This document shows, in pieces, positions 18,556-28,321 of a DNA stretch of 32,000 nucleotides. The notes below the pieces were generated by a model. That model saw nothing but the letters and a program-made list of their open reading frames with translations. It did no database searches and was not told where the DNA came from. Position 1 is the first letter of the stretch. Each line of letters starts with the position of its first letter. The position numbers were made by a program, and so were the translations under genes. The stretch lies in assembly GCF_000284455.1 (NCBI RefSeq), contig NC_017039.1, forward strand, positions 2,700,001 to 2,732,000. Reading direction: 5' to 3'. The stretch is from Synechocystis sp. PCC 6803 substr. PCC-P. Lineage in GTDB: Bacteria; Cyanobacteriota; Cyanobacteriia; Cyanobacteriales; Microcystaceae.

Positions 18556-20061
18556 CTACTTTTTGGATTGGATGGGCCCCGGCAAACCATTGTTATTGTT
18601 CAGGCCAGGAGCTTGGCTTTGGGTTTCTTCTGCTTCTGTTTCCCCATTATTGCCATTGGGTTGGGGCGGCACAATGGAAGGAGCCTGATTTTGTTGTAGC
18701 AACATTTCTCCCTTCGTTTTCGGCAAAGAAGGTTGAGATGAAGTCGGGGTTGGGGTGGCTGTTGGGGCTGGCGCCGGTGCAGAACGGGTAGGGGACGGAG
18801 CCACGTTCATAGGAGGATCACTGGGAGTGGTAGTGGGCTGTCGTCGGGGCGCTGGGGCATCGGGCATGGGGGAAGACCGCACCGCCGGTGGAGGCGTGGG
18901 CTGAGGCTGCAGGGGAGCAGGGGAAGGAGCTATGCCTGGGGCGGGGCTAATCGTGGGGGCCGGGGTAACTTGGGAAGGCGTAGGGACAGTCGGCACTGCT
19001 GGATTGGTGGTTTCTCCACCGGGGGGAATGAATTGATCCACACCACCACAAATCTCGGCATCATATTTAAAGGAAACTGTCACCTGGGTGGGTTCACCAT
19101 AGGTTCTGTTGGCGATCGCCTGTTCAGCTAGCTGATTGAAGATGGGATAGCGGGAGCGGCCCACCAGATCTTTCTGACCGCTGGGAAAAACGTTATAGAC
19201 CACCGTAGCTTCCGTACGATTACGACAGGCAATGGGGGGATAGGCGCCGCTAATGGTGTCCTTCGCTTTTAAAGCCTGGCCTTGCTGGGCAATGGAAACC
19301 AGCGTATTTTCCCGCAGCTTTTCTGGAGAAGTGTCTTCTCCCTCCGCCCTCAAACCCGGTTCCTGGGGAGTAGTAATGCCCTGGGGAGCCCTAGTAATAA
19401 AGCCTGTGCCCTGGGAAGGAGGTAAGGGTCCAAAATCAGGCCGGTTGGGGCCGGGGCCCAGGGGATTCATGCCCTGGTCTGGGGTGGGAGCAAATAGGCC
19501 TGGGGGACGGGGAATCTGTCTGGTGGAAGGGAACCGGGGTAGGGAAGGAATGGGGGGACCAGTGATGGGTAAACGGCTCAAATTGCCATAGCTAGTCAGG
19601 GGGGGCAAATTGGGGTAGGCCGGTAAATTGGGCATGGCCGGTGGCGGTGGCATAATGCCCGGCCCCGAAGGCAAGGAATAGTTGTAGTCGCCGCTAGGAG
19701 GAATGGGCAAATTTGGGTCAGCGGGAATGGCACCTGGGTCACTACCACTGGGGGCAGTGGGAAAAAGGCCACTGCTAGAAAAAATGTCCGTTTCTGGTAA
19801 ACGACTTTGTTCTGCTGGAGTTAATTCGATCACTCCCACGGGATTGCGGTCTGTCAGGTTATCCCCAGCGGATTCTTGCCATTGCCAATGGGGTAAAGCC
19901 AAGCCCAAAATAAAGCCATGGATGCCGAGGGAACTCAAAATAGCCACATTGACCGGAGTGAAAACCTGGCCCAATGAGGGAGCATTGCTTAACCTGAGGG
20001 GTAAATCCATTGCCATAGGTTGATCGCCATCCAGAAAAACTTTGACGGTCCCAGTCTCCAT
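18556..20061 (-). CDS. Proline-rich membrane-anchored protein of unknown function, possibly with TonB-like architecture
   Basis: 501 aa. One N-terminal hydrophobic helix (VAILSSLGIHGFILGLAL), a long Pro-rich low-complexity spacer, a compact segment of about 80 aa (YPPIACRNRTEATVVYNVFPSGQ...VTVSFKYD), then a second Pro/Ala/Thr-rich tail. Confidence 0.6.
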   Translation of the reverse strand: METGTVKVFLDGDQPMAMDLPLRLSNAPSLGQVFTPVNVAILSSLGIHGFILGLALPHWQWQESAGDNLTDRNPVGVIELTPAEQSRLPETDIFSSSGLFPTAPSGSDPGAIPADPNLPIPPSGDYNYSLPSGPGIMPPPPAMPNLPAYPNLPPLTSYGNLSRLPITGPPIPSLPRFPSTRQIPRPPGLFAPTPDQGMNPLGPGPNRPDFGPLPPSQGTGFITRAPQGITTPQEPGLRAEGEDTSPEKLRENTLVSIAQQGQALKAKDTISGAYPPIACRNRTEATVVYNVFPSGQKDLVGRSRYPIFNQLAEQAIANRTYGEPTQVTVSFKYDAEICGGVDQFIPPGGETTNPAVPTVPTPSQVTPAPTISPAPGIAPSPAPLQPQPTPPPAVRSSPMPDAPAPRRQPTTTPSDPPMNVAPSPTRSAPAPAPTATPTPTSSQPSLPKTKGEMLLQQNQAPSIVPPQPNGNNGETEAEETQSQAPGLNNNNGLPGPIQSKK

Positions 20062-20257
20062 CAGGGCAAAGTGAGGAAAAATGCCGGTGCTGGAGGCCGT
20101 TTACACAGTTCCCTCAAAATAACACAAACCCTTTGGCGATCGGTGTTAGCCCTGGGCCACTGTCCCCATCCCCTCCAGATGGCAGAGCAAAAATGATAGG
20201 TTAGGATGCTAGATTGCCTTTGATTCCCTCGCCAATATAGATCGCCGTTGATTATTT

Positions 20258-21865
20258 ATGTTTATTTCCCCCCCCCGTAACTTACTGAAGGTTGCTGTCC
20301 AACGTGTGGGTGGCTTAGTCATTGCCCTGGGCTTAGTGGCTGGGGGAGCTTTACCCAGTTTTGCCAAGGATGTGCTGCTCCAGGTGGGGGTCGTGCAGCG
20401 CTTTGGGGATGAAGACCGAGACCAACTGACCATTAGCGGGGTGGGCAACGATGACTTAACCTTTACCGCAGTTAACAACCAGGGAGAAAAGGTCACTCTC
20501 CAGGGCAAACAGGGCACCATTGCCATTAGCCGTCGGGCCGTGCCAAGGAAATTGGCGGAAGTATTAGTGCTCGGAGACCATGCCACCTTTGAAACAGCAG
20601 AAGACGATGCTCTCCGTTGGCAAGCTCAAGGCATTGCGGTGGAAGTTACCCAGCCAGGACGTTGGCAAGTATGGGCTAAACGGGATGTATACGATAGTCC
20701 CCTGGTGCGCCGTTGGTTACTGGCGGATCTAAAAAAGCAGGGTCATCAATTGCCCTACCTGGAAAGTGTACTGTTGGATAGTAAGCCCCAGGCGATGGTG
20801 GTCATCAATGGTCAAAGCTATCCCGCCGACCGAGTGACTGTCACTGCGGCCAAAAATCAAATTCAAGTTACGGAAGGGGAGAAAAAATTTGTCTATGGCG
20901 GTTGGTTACAACTCCAGCCCAACTCCTACGGCAATTACACTCTGGTGAACCATGTGCCCCTGGAAACCTATCTCCGGGGGGTGGTGCCCCATGAAATTGG
21001 CCCAGGTGCTCCCCCCACGGCCGCCAAGGCCCAAACCATCATTGCCCGCACCTATGCCCTGCAGAACCGGCGTCGTTTTGCCGCCGATGGCTACGAGTTA
21101 TGTGCCACCACCCACTGTCAGGTTTACTACGGTTTAAGTGGGACTACCCCCAGGGCCGATGAGGCGATCAAGGAAACGGCGGGGCAGGTTTTAACCTACA
21201 ACAATCAATTGGTGGATGCCCTCTACTCCTCCACGGCGGGGGGGGTGACGGCTAAATTTAGCGATGTGTGGAATGGGGAAGAGCGGCCCTATCTCCAGGC
21301 AGTTATCGACTCGGCCCAGCCCATTTGGAACTTATCTACCCAAAGTTTGGCCGATGAAGCTACTTTCCGTAAATTTATTAACCTCCAGGAGGGTTTTAAC
21401 GAGACGGGGCGGAAGTTCTTGCGCTGGCGCTACCCGGCCACGTTGGCAGAGTTGAATCAGGATTTGAAAAAGTATCTGACTAACCGGCGTCATCCCCTGG
21501 CGGACTTCACCACTATTTACGATATGAAAGTTACCCGTCGATCGCCGTCGGGCAGAATTTTGCTCCTGGAAGTGCTAACGGATAAAGGCGTAGTGGAATT
21601 AGCCAAGAACGAAGCCCGCAGTGCCTTTGGCCCTCCGCGCAGTACCTTGTTTTACCTGGAACCCACCTACGATGCTAACCAGCGACTTCAAAGCGTTTTC
21701 TTTGTGGGGGGGGGCTTTGGCCATGGGGTCGGCATGAGTCAATTCGGTTCTTATAAACTGTCCCAGTTGGGTTGGTCGGCGGAACAAATTTTGGCTTTTT
21801 ATTATCCTGGCACTCAAATCAGACAGCTCAATGAGCAAATTCTGGGGCAAACCCCCCGCCCTTGA
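20258..21865 (+). CDS. SpoIID/LytB-domain protein (cell-wall amidase enhancer / lytic transglycosylase family)
   Basis: Signal-like N-terminus. Contains YLRGVVPHEIGPGAPPTAAKAQTIIARTYAL, ELCATTHCQVYYG, ALYSSTAGGVT and GFGHGVGMSQFG, which are SpoIID signatures. Confidence 0.85.
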   Translation: MFISPPRNLLKVAVQRVGGLVIALGLVAGGALPSFAKDVLLQVGVVQRFGDEDRDQLTISGVGNDDLTFTAVNNQGEKVTLQGKQGTIAISRRAVPRKLAEVLVLGDHATFETAEDDALRWQAQGIAVEVTQPGRWQVWAKRDVYDSPLVRRWLLADLKKQGHQLPYLESVLLDSKPQAMVVINGQSYPADRVTVTAAKNQIQVTEGEKKFVYGGWLQLQPNSYGNYTLVNHVPLETYLRGVVPHEIGPGAPPTAAKAQTIIARTYALQNRRRFAADGYELCATTHCQVYYGLSGTTPRADEAIKETAGQVLTYNNQLVDALYSSTAGGVTAKFSDVWNGEERPYLQAVIDSAQPIWNLSTQSLADEATFRKFINLQEGFNETGRKFLRWRYPATLAELNQDLKKYLTNRRHPLADFTTIYDMKVTRRSPSGRILLLEVLTDKGVVELAKNEARSAFGPPRSTLFYLEPTYDANQRLQSVFFVGGGFGHGVGMSQFGSYKLSQLGWSAEQILAFYYPGTQIRQLNEQILGQTPRP

Positions 21866-21901
21866 TATTCATTTTTCTCCCTAATTACCACCTCACTGCG
21901 T

Positions 21902-22246
21902 ATGACTTCCATGCCCATCGAAATTTCTGTTCAGGATCTGGCTCTGATGTTGGCTCACCCCAACGGCGATCGCCAGTTGATTGATGTGCGGGAACCCCAT
22001 GAGGTGGAAATTGCGGCCCTGCCAGGCTTTGAAACCCTATCCTTGAGCGAGTTTGCCCAGTGGTCTGGCACCATTCGGGAGCGCTACGATGGGGAGAAAG
22101 AAACCGTAGTGTTGTGTCACCACGGCATCCGTTCAGACCAGATGGCCCACTGGTTAGTGGATCAAGGTTTTAGTAAAGTTAAAAACGTAGTGGGGGGAAT
22201 TGATGCTTATTCCCGTTTGATTGATGCCACCATTCCCTGTTATTAA
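21902..22246 (+). CDS. Rhodanese-domain protein
   Basis: 114 aa with LIDVREPHEVEIA and the active-site loop VVLCHHGIRS. Confidence 0.8.
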   Translation: MTSMPIEISVQDLALMLAHPNGDRQLIDVREPHEVEIAALPGFETLSLSEFAQWSGTIRERYDGEKETVVLCHHGIRSDQMAHWLVDQGFSKVKNVVGGIDAYSRLIDATIPCY

Positions 22247-22474
22247 CTCCCATTGGATAACTGCAGGGGGCCGAACTGTTTGGTTTTGAGGACAATAGCC
22301 GATATTATTAAGAAAAGTAACCGGGGCGGACGGGACTGTCCCCATGGCCTGGTGTCTATTATCGTCATAAACTTGGTTAACTGTTAGCCCAATAGTCAAC
22401 TTTTTTAATATCCAACAGGGCCCTTTGCCCGAGCAATTTCTCCTACAGAAAATATCCCCGGAGGTATTTAGATC

Positions 22475-22930
22475 ATGTCCATTCGTCTCTACGTCGGTAA
22501 CCTACCCAAAGAATCCATTGAGCGGGAAGCACTGCAGGAAGTATTTGCAGAAGCCAATGCTGTTGTTTCCACCAAAGTTATCAAAGACCGTAAAACGGGT
22601 AAATGCCGGGGATTTGCTTTTGTAACGGTTTCCACTGACGAAGCGGCGGATGAATTCATCGAGAAATATAATGGTCAATCCTTCATGGATAGCCCTTTAA
22701 AAATCGAGAAGGCTAACCCCCGCTCCAAGGATGACGAAGAAGGGGGCAGTGAAACTCCGGTGGCCAGTGGGGAAAAAACTAAGCAACCCCGCACCGATAA
22801 AAAACGGACTAATAAAAAAGCCGCGGCCACTAGCACTAACACCAGCACTGCTTCTGAAGGTTTCCAGCCCGACCCCCGTTGGGCAGACCAGTTGGCCCAA
22901 CTAAAAGAAAAACTGACAGCGGCCCAGTAG
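22475..22930 (+). CDS. rbp3: RRM-type RNA-binding protein with a basic, low-complexity C-terminal extension
   Basis: RNP2 LYVGNL and RNP1 CRGFAFVTV. A GGAGG Shine-Dalgarno sequence lies upstream. The 151-aa length and the rpiA neighbour match my memory of Synechocystis Rbp3. Confidence 0.88.
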   Translation: MSIRLYVGNLPKESIEREALQEVFAEANAVVSTKVIKDRKTGKCRGFAFVTVSTDEAADEFIEKYNGQSFMDSPLKIEKANPRSKDDEEGGSETPVASGEKTKQPRTDKKRTNKKAAATSTNTSTASEGFQPDPRWADQLAQLKEKLTAAQ

Positions 22931-23152
22931 GTCCACAGGTTTTCCTGAACCGGAACTGTTCTGATAATGTTCGCACTGTAGAGATTTCGGCGATCGCCGG
23001 ATTGCTTTGTCCTGTTTAGAGTTTAATAAAAAACGCCATAGAGCCTAGAGAAAGGTTGGGTAATTTGGAGTGATAGGATTTTGCCCAATGTCACTCTGAT
23101 TGGTCCATTAATTAAAAAATTTAAAACAAAAAATAACGGAGGTTAAATTTTT

Positions 23153-23860
23153 ATGGCTGAGCTAGATGCGGCCAACTTAATGAAACAGGCAGTGGGTAAA
23201 GCCGCCGCTGACCGAGTTAAATCCAACACCATTGTTGGTTTGGGTACCGGTTCCACCACCGCCTACGCCCTGGAATTCATTGGCGATCGCCTGAAAAAAG
23301 GAGAATTGGAAAATGTAGTGGGCATTCCCACTTCCTTTCAGGCGGAAGTATTGGCCCGTAAATATGGCATTCCCCTAACCACGTTGGATGTGGCGGATCG
23401 CATTGACATTGCCATCGATGGAGCGGACGAAGTTGACCCCCAGAAAAATTTGATCAAAGGGGGAGGGGCCGCCCACACCAGGGAAAAAATTGTTGACGCC
23501 TTGGCGGAAACTTTTCTGGTGGTGGTAGACAGTGGCAAATTGGTGGATAAATTGGGTTCCACTTTTTTACTGCCGGTGGAAGTGATTCCCATGGCCCTAA
23601 CTCCTGTAATGCGAGCTTTAGCTAAATTAGGTGGTAAACCAGAACTACGCATGGGGGTGAAAAAAGCTGGCCCCGTTGTCACTGACCAAGGTAACCTCGT
23701 CATTGACGTTAAATTTGATGCCATTACCAACCCAGCGGAGTTGGAAAAAACCATTAACAATCTCCCCGGTGTGTTAGAAAACGGCCTATTTGTGGGGGTA
23801 GCGGACGTAATTTTGGTAGGGGAAATTATTGACGGCCAACCCACGGTGCGGGAATTCTAG
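23153..23860 (+). CDS. rpiA: Ribose-5-phosphate isomerase A
   Basis: [29 protein letters not shown] and [15 protein letters not shown] are RpiA signatures. Confidence 0.95.
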   Translation: MAELDAANLMKQAVGKAAADRVKSNTIVGLGTGSTTAYALEFIGDRLKKGELENVVGIPTSFQAEVLARKYGIPLTTLDVADRIDIAIDGADEVDPQKNLIKGGGAAHTREKIVDALAETFLVVVDSGKLVDKLGSTFLLPVEVIPMALTPVMRALAKLGGKPELRMGVKKAGPVVTDQGNLVIDVKFDAITNPAELEKTINNLPGVLENGLFVGVADVILVGEIIDGQPTVREF

Positions 23861-23915
23861 TTCTCTCTCAACTCCATCGTCTTAACTAGAGTCAAGGTGG
23901 GAAAATAGAAGGGAT

Positions 23916-24467
23916 ATGGATACCCTTTCCCCCAGACTTTACCTCCAAACATTCACTAACTTGCTCAAGCGGTTTTTAACTTGGGCAGGTTTGTTGCTTT
24001 TATTGGGGGGTTGTGGCTATCCCCGTTACTTGAGTCTTTCCTTTGACCGCAGTGGCCGGGGCGTTAACAGTGCCTCCGAGGAAATTTTTCCCCAGGTCAC
24101 CTATCCCTTTTTGGTCTTTACCTCCGACCGCAACGGGACCCAGGGAATTTATCTATACAATCTCCAAAATAACCGCCTGGAAACCCTGCCCCGCCTCAAT
24201 GCCCTGGACCAGGTGGCCAGTCATCCCACCATTACTGAGGACGGACGCTATATTGTCTTTGCCCTCAGTCGCCAAGGGAAGACTGACATTGTCCTTTACG
24301 ATCGCCAAACGGAACAAAAGCGTAATTTAACCGCTGATTTAGCCGCCGACACTAGAAATCCCGTCATCAATGCCAACGGCGATCGCATTGCGTTTGAAGT
24401 GGCCCAGGACGGCCAGTGGGACATTATGGTAATGGATGCCCAGGGCAAAATTATTACTACCCCTTAA
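23916..24467 (+). CDS. PD40 (TolB-like beta-propeller repeat) lipoprotein
   Basis: Lipobox LLLGGCG. Repeated PD40-like units: SDRNGTQGIYLY, HPTITEDGRYIVF and NPVINANGDRIAFE. Confidence 0.7.
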   Translation: MDTLSPRLYLQTFTNLLKRFLTWAGLLLLLGGCGYPRYLSLSFDRSGRGVNSASEEIFPQVTYPFLVFTSDRNGTQGIYLYNLQNNRLETLPRLNALDQVASHPTITEDGRYIVFALSRQGKTDIVLYDRQTEQKRNLTADLAADTRNPVINANGDRIAFEVAQDGQWDIMVMDAQGKIITTP

Positions 24468-24502
24468 CAATTGCAAAACTCCTGGGCCAAGAGAATTAGA
24501 AT

Positions 24503-24886
24503 ATGACCAAAGTGCTAACACCAATGAAACCTATTTCCTTTCCCCTATGGTTGACTCTCTGCTTTGGTGCGGTTGCATGCACTGCAATTAAAGAACTGCC
24601 CCCGGTGCAGGCCGAGCCGATGGAAGCGAATTTGCCCACAGTTGCCACCATCACAGAGTTGGTCAATGGAGATTTAGCTTGTTATGTGGACTTGATGGAC
24701 AGTCAAGGTAATCAGTATCAGGGGCTATACGCCGCCTTTGAAATTTGCGAACAGGTTGCCCTGATTGGCCAAAAGGTCAAACTCACCTATCAACCCTTAT
24801 CCTTTAACGATTGCCAGAGTAGTGAGCCCTGCGGTAAAAGTAAGACCGAGTTGGCGATCGTCCAGATTGAACCATGGGAAAACTAA
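24503..24886 (+). CDS. Small secreted or lipoprotein-like hypothetical protein
   Basis: 127 aa with a signal peptide and possible lipobox (FGAVAC). Overlaps the next gene by 13 nt, which suggests co-translation or a shared operon. Confidence 0.5.
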   Translation: MTKVLTPMKPISFPLWLTLCFGAVACTAIKELPPVQAEPMEANLPTVATITELVNGDLACYVDLMDSQGNQYQGLYAAFEICEQVALIGQKVKLTYQPLSFNDCQSSEPCGKSKTELAIVQIEPWEN

Positions 24887-26535
24887 ACAGAGGCTGGAAA
24901 CCAAACCCCGTTGTCATTTTTGTTGCCCTGGCCCTACTAGTGGCGATCGCCGTCATTGGCATTGGCAAAGTTGATCCATTGGGGTTAGGACAATCCCTGG
25001 CCCGACCAGATCCTTTACCACAACAAGAGGAGATCCAGGTTTACTTTAACCTCAACAATGCCAAGGGAGCCGATTTCATTGACCCAGACCGCGACTTTAA
25101 ACGTCAGGGGGACAATTTTGAGCAGATAATTCTGGAGCAAATTGACCAAGCCCAGTCCACCATTGACCTAGCAGTACAGGAATTACGCTTACCTCGCATT
25201 GCCCAGGCATTGGTCGAGAAACAAAAGACCGGGGTCCGGGTCAGATTGGTGCTGGAAAATACCTATAACCAAACCATCAAAGAAGCAGTAGAAACAGAAA
25301 AGGATCCCTTCCGTTACCGTGGTCCCCTAGCCTATTTAGATCAAAATCAAGACGGTCGCATTAGTCCCGCAGAAAGCGCAGAACGGGATGCCATTGAAAT
25401 TCTCCGCACTCAGAAAATTCCCCTCATTGACGACACAGAAGATGGCAGTAAAGGCTCAGGCTTAATGCACCATAAATTTATGGTCCTGGATAATAAAACG
25501 GTCATTGTAACTTCTGCTAACTTTACCCCTAGCGACCAGCATGGCGACTATGATGACAATTTTACTCGAGGCAACGCCAATAACCTATTGGTGGTCCAAT
25601 CCCCCGCTGTCGCCCATCTTTTCACAGAGGAATTTAATCTACTTTGGGGGGACGGGCCTGGAGCAGAAAAAGACAGTCTCTTTGGTATTAATAAGCCCAG
25701 CAGACCAGCTAAAGTGCTAAAAGTAGGAGAGACAACGGTAACAGTAAAGTTTTCCCCCGATCGCCGAGCAATCCCTTTTCCCAACACCAGTAATGGTTTA
25801 ATTGCCCAATACCTCAATCAAGCCCAACAAAAAATTCAATTAGCATTGTTTGTTTTTAGTGAACAAGCATTATCTAATGTGATCAACCAAAGATTTCAAG
25901 CGGGCACGGAGGTTAAAGCTTTAATTGATCGGGGATTTGCCTTTCGTTACTACAGCGAAGGGCTGGATCTATTGGGAGTAACTTTGCTAGAAGACTGCCT
26001 AGAACAACCTGGTAATAGTCCCTGGGCTTTGCCAACTGAATTTGTCGGTACCCCGGCCCTACCAAGGGGAGATAAATTACACCATAAGTTTGCCCTGGTG
26101 GATGATGACACCGTGATCACCGGCTCCCACAATTGGTCCCCCGCCGCTAACCACAACAACGATGAAACGGTATTGGTTTTACAGAATGCCCAAATAGCAG
26201 CCCATTACCAACGGGAATTAGACCGACTTTATGCCGTCACAGAATATGGTTTACCTCCCACAGTACAAGCCCGCATCGATCGCCAGGAGCAGGAGTGCGC
26301 CAATCCCCGACCTAGCCCTAAGCCCCTGGCAAAAGCAACTCCCAATCGTTTGGTGAATTTGAACCGAGGGAGTCAAGAGGAACTGGAAAGTTTACCCGGC
26401 ATTGGCCCCAGCACCGCCGAAAAAATCATCTCCACCAGGGAGCAAAAGGCTTTCACTTCCCTAGAAGACTTGGGCCGGGTCAAAGGCATTGGTCCCAGCA
26501 AAATCGAAGGTTTACGGGGCAAAGTTACCTGGTAA
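24874..26535 (+). CDS. comEA: ComEA-type DNA receptor fused to a two-HKD phospholipase D / Nuc-like nuclease domain
   Basis: N-terminal transmembrane helix. HKD motifs HHKFMVLDNKTVIVTSANFT (HHK at 25468-25476) and HHKFALVDDDTVITGSHNWS (HHK at 26080-26088). C-terminal helix-hairpin-helix pair LESLPGIGPSTAEKII...LGRVKGIGPSKIEGL is typical of ComEA. Confidence 0.85.
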   Translation: MGKLNRGWKPNPVVIFVALALLVAIAVIGIGKVDPLGLGQSLARPDPLPQQEEIQVYFNLNNAKGADFIDPDRDFKRQGDNFEQIILEQIDQAQSTIDLAVQELRLPRIAQALVEKQKTGVRVRLVLENTYNQTIKEAVETEKDPFRYRGPLAYLDQNQDGRISPAESAERDAIEILRTQKIPLIDDTEDGSKGSGLMHHKFMVLDNKTVIVTSANFTPSDQHGDYDDNFTRGNANNLLVVQSPAVAHLFTEEFNLLWGDGPGAEKDSLFGINKPSRPAKVLKVGETTVTVKFSPDRRAIPFPNTSNGLIAQYLNQAQQKIQLALFVFSEQALSNVINQRFQAGTEVKALIDRGFAFRYYSEGLDLLGVTLLEDCLEQPGNSPWALPTEFVGTPALPRGDKLHHKFALVDDDTVITGSHNWSPAANHNNDETVLVLQNAQIAAHYQRELDRLYAVTEYGLPPTVQARIDRQEQECANPRPSPKPLAKATPNRLVNLNRGSQEELESLPGIGPSTAEKIISTREQKAFTSLEDLGRVKGIGPSKIEGLRGKVTW

Positions 26536-26540
26536 AAAAA

Positions 26541-26584
26541 TCCCGACCAAGGAAACAGCAATAACTCACATCCTTTGGCCGGGA
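26541..26584. terminator. Bidirectional intrinsic-terminator candidate between two convergent genes
   Basis: Imperfect 12-bp stem (TCCCGACCAAGG / CCTTTGGCCGGGA) with a 19-nt loop. An A7 run on the left gives U7 on the minus-strand transcript, and T-rich sequence lies on the right. Confidence 0.45.
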
Positions 26585-26638
26585 AATTTATGATTTATCT
26601 CGTTTAAACAATGGCAAATAAATTGGAAACGAGCCAAT

Positions 26639-27898
26639 CTAGCTAAACCATTCCGGTACGGCTTCTTCCTTTGTATTGGTGTTACGGGAAGGAGTCTCTC
26701 GGGTAAACTTCATATGCACATTACGGGTTTGTTCCCCATCCACCGCTACAGCCACAATGGGATAGTCAATCAAGCCATCTTGGAAGGACATTTGGAAACG
26801 GAAAGTGCCATCTTCATTGAGTTTAATCGGACGGCCACCAATGGTCACCGTGGCATCGGGTTCTGTGGCACCGTAAACAATCAGTTCAGCATCGGCCACC
26901 AACCAGAACTGCCGGGGACGGACTGGAGCTTCCGAAGCCATAAATTCCCTGCTGGAAAGGCCATAACCCATGCCAATGCCGGACATATTCAATCCAGAAA
27001 CATTGGGAGCAGCCCACAGACCCACCCCGGAGGGAAACACATAGGAACTCAAGGTTTGCTCATGGGTGATGGAACCGGGTACATGTTGCATAGAACCGTA
27101 GAGGGAACCGGCCATCCGCATTGCCTCCGCTCCCTGGGCCATGTCAAATACTTGGTCATACACAGCGGTGGAAACTCCCACGGGCCGTTTGCTGGGGGGA
27201 ACCAATTGGTAAATGGTTTTACCTTGGAGGTCTTCGTCCCAATTGACGGTGACAAATACTTCCTCCACCCAGTCGGAGGGATAAACGGGGGGAATGCGAA
27301 TGGGGGTGGAACGGGCCAGGGTGAGCCAGCGACCATCAAAGGTGCGGTAGCCAATATCTAGGGCATAATCCCGGTCACTAACGGGGATCGGTAAATACCA
27401 TTCCCGGGCCAATTCATCACAGAGATATTCCTGAACACTGTGGGGGCTGGCGGTTTGCCAATCGAGGTCAGTTACATCGTAGAGCCGTAGGGCCAATTGC
27501 TGTCCCCCTTGACTGCGGAGAGCATCTTTATGTTCTTTGGGAATATCCCAATAGGCGTAGGCCCACTGGGGATCCCTGGGCATGAGGGTAATGCGGCTTT
27601 CACCATAACCACCGGGCAAATCCCCCAAAACTTCATCAACGGCGGTGAGGGGAGCGCCAACTTTATCATCTTGACCAAGTTCAAATTTAGAAGCTTCCAC
27701 AGCTTGTTCCTCCTGGGGACGGTTAAGGGGTTTGACAGAAAATGGGGCAGGGGCAGGTTTGTTGAGGGCTTTTTCCACCTCTGCTAGTAGCTGGGATTTA
27801 CGCATCCGACTGTACCGGGAAATATTACATTCACTGGCAACTCGGCGTAATTGTCGCAGCGTCATGTCTTTGAGGGAGGGTCGGTCTTCTTTAGCCAT
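26639..27898 (-). CDS. Protein with a Rho_N (SAP-like) N-terminal domain and a DUF4912-type C-terminal region
   Basis: LKDMTLRQLRRVASECNISRYSRMRKSQLLAEVEKAL is a Rho termination factor N-terminal type motif. The rest (PRDPQWAYAYWDIP...) resembles the cyanobacterial DUF4912 family as I remember it. Confidence 0.75.
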   Translation of the reverse strand: MAKEDRPSLKDMTLRQLRRVASECNISRYSRMRKSQLLAEVEKALNKPAPAPFSVKPLNRPQEEQAVEASKFELGQDDKVGAPLTAVDEVLGDLPGGYGESRITLMPRDPQWAYAYWDIPKEHKDALRSQGGQQLALRLYDVTDLDWQTASPHSVQEYLCDELAREWYLPIPVSDRDYALDIGYRTFDGRWLTLARSTPIRIPPVYPSDWVEEVFVTVNWDEDLQGKTIYQLVPPSKRPVGVSTAVYDQVFDMAQGAEAMRMAGSLYGSMQHVPGSITHEQTLSSYVFPSGVGLWAAPNVSGLNMSGIGMGYGLSSREFMASEAPVRPRQFWLVADAELIVYGATEPDATVTIGGRPIKLNEDGTFRFQMSFQDGLIDYPIVAVAVDGEQTRNVHMKFTRETPSRNTNTKEEAVPEWFS

Positions 27899-28321
27899 AA
27901 CAATTACTCTGGGTTTATGGGACAGTCCATACTACGGGTTTCCACAATCAGCCCGTGGAAAGAGGATGGGTTTAGTTACTTCCAATGGTGGATACAGGGG
28001 GAGCAAAGGTGAATGTTGTTAAAGTTCCTGACCTTGAGCCAGGGCGATCGCCGGAGAGAGTCCTACGGGGATCACGAACTTCACCTTTTGTAACATGGAG
28101 CAGCGGCGGAACGTCAAGGGGATCAAAACCCCAAGATCACCGACTACTACAGAGTTTCAGGCATTTCACTGAATCCTATGTCATGAATCCTTGATTTATT
28201 TTGTGAAGTTTTATGTTTTTTGCTCCCATCAATTCCGGAGTGAAGCGGCAAAAGTCAAGTTTTCTTGATAATCAACCCAGGCGCTGTGACAATCTCTTAA
28301 CTGTCATAGTGTCCATGGGGT

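Noticed and set aside
18288-18791. 167-aa plus-strand ORF spanning the yraN-like gene and the end of the Pro-rich gene
   Set aside because: It overlaps two better-supported minus-strand genes and has no motifs.
23338-23844. 168-aa minus-strand ORF
   Set aside because: It is antisense to rpiA and is a Ser/Thr/Pro-rich shadow frame.
26714-27361. 215-aa plus-strand ORF and other ORFs overlapping 26639-27898
   Set aside because: They are antisense or out of frame relative to the Rho_N/DUF4912 gene, which has the recognisable domain. Their Gly/His-rich shadow composition supports this.
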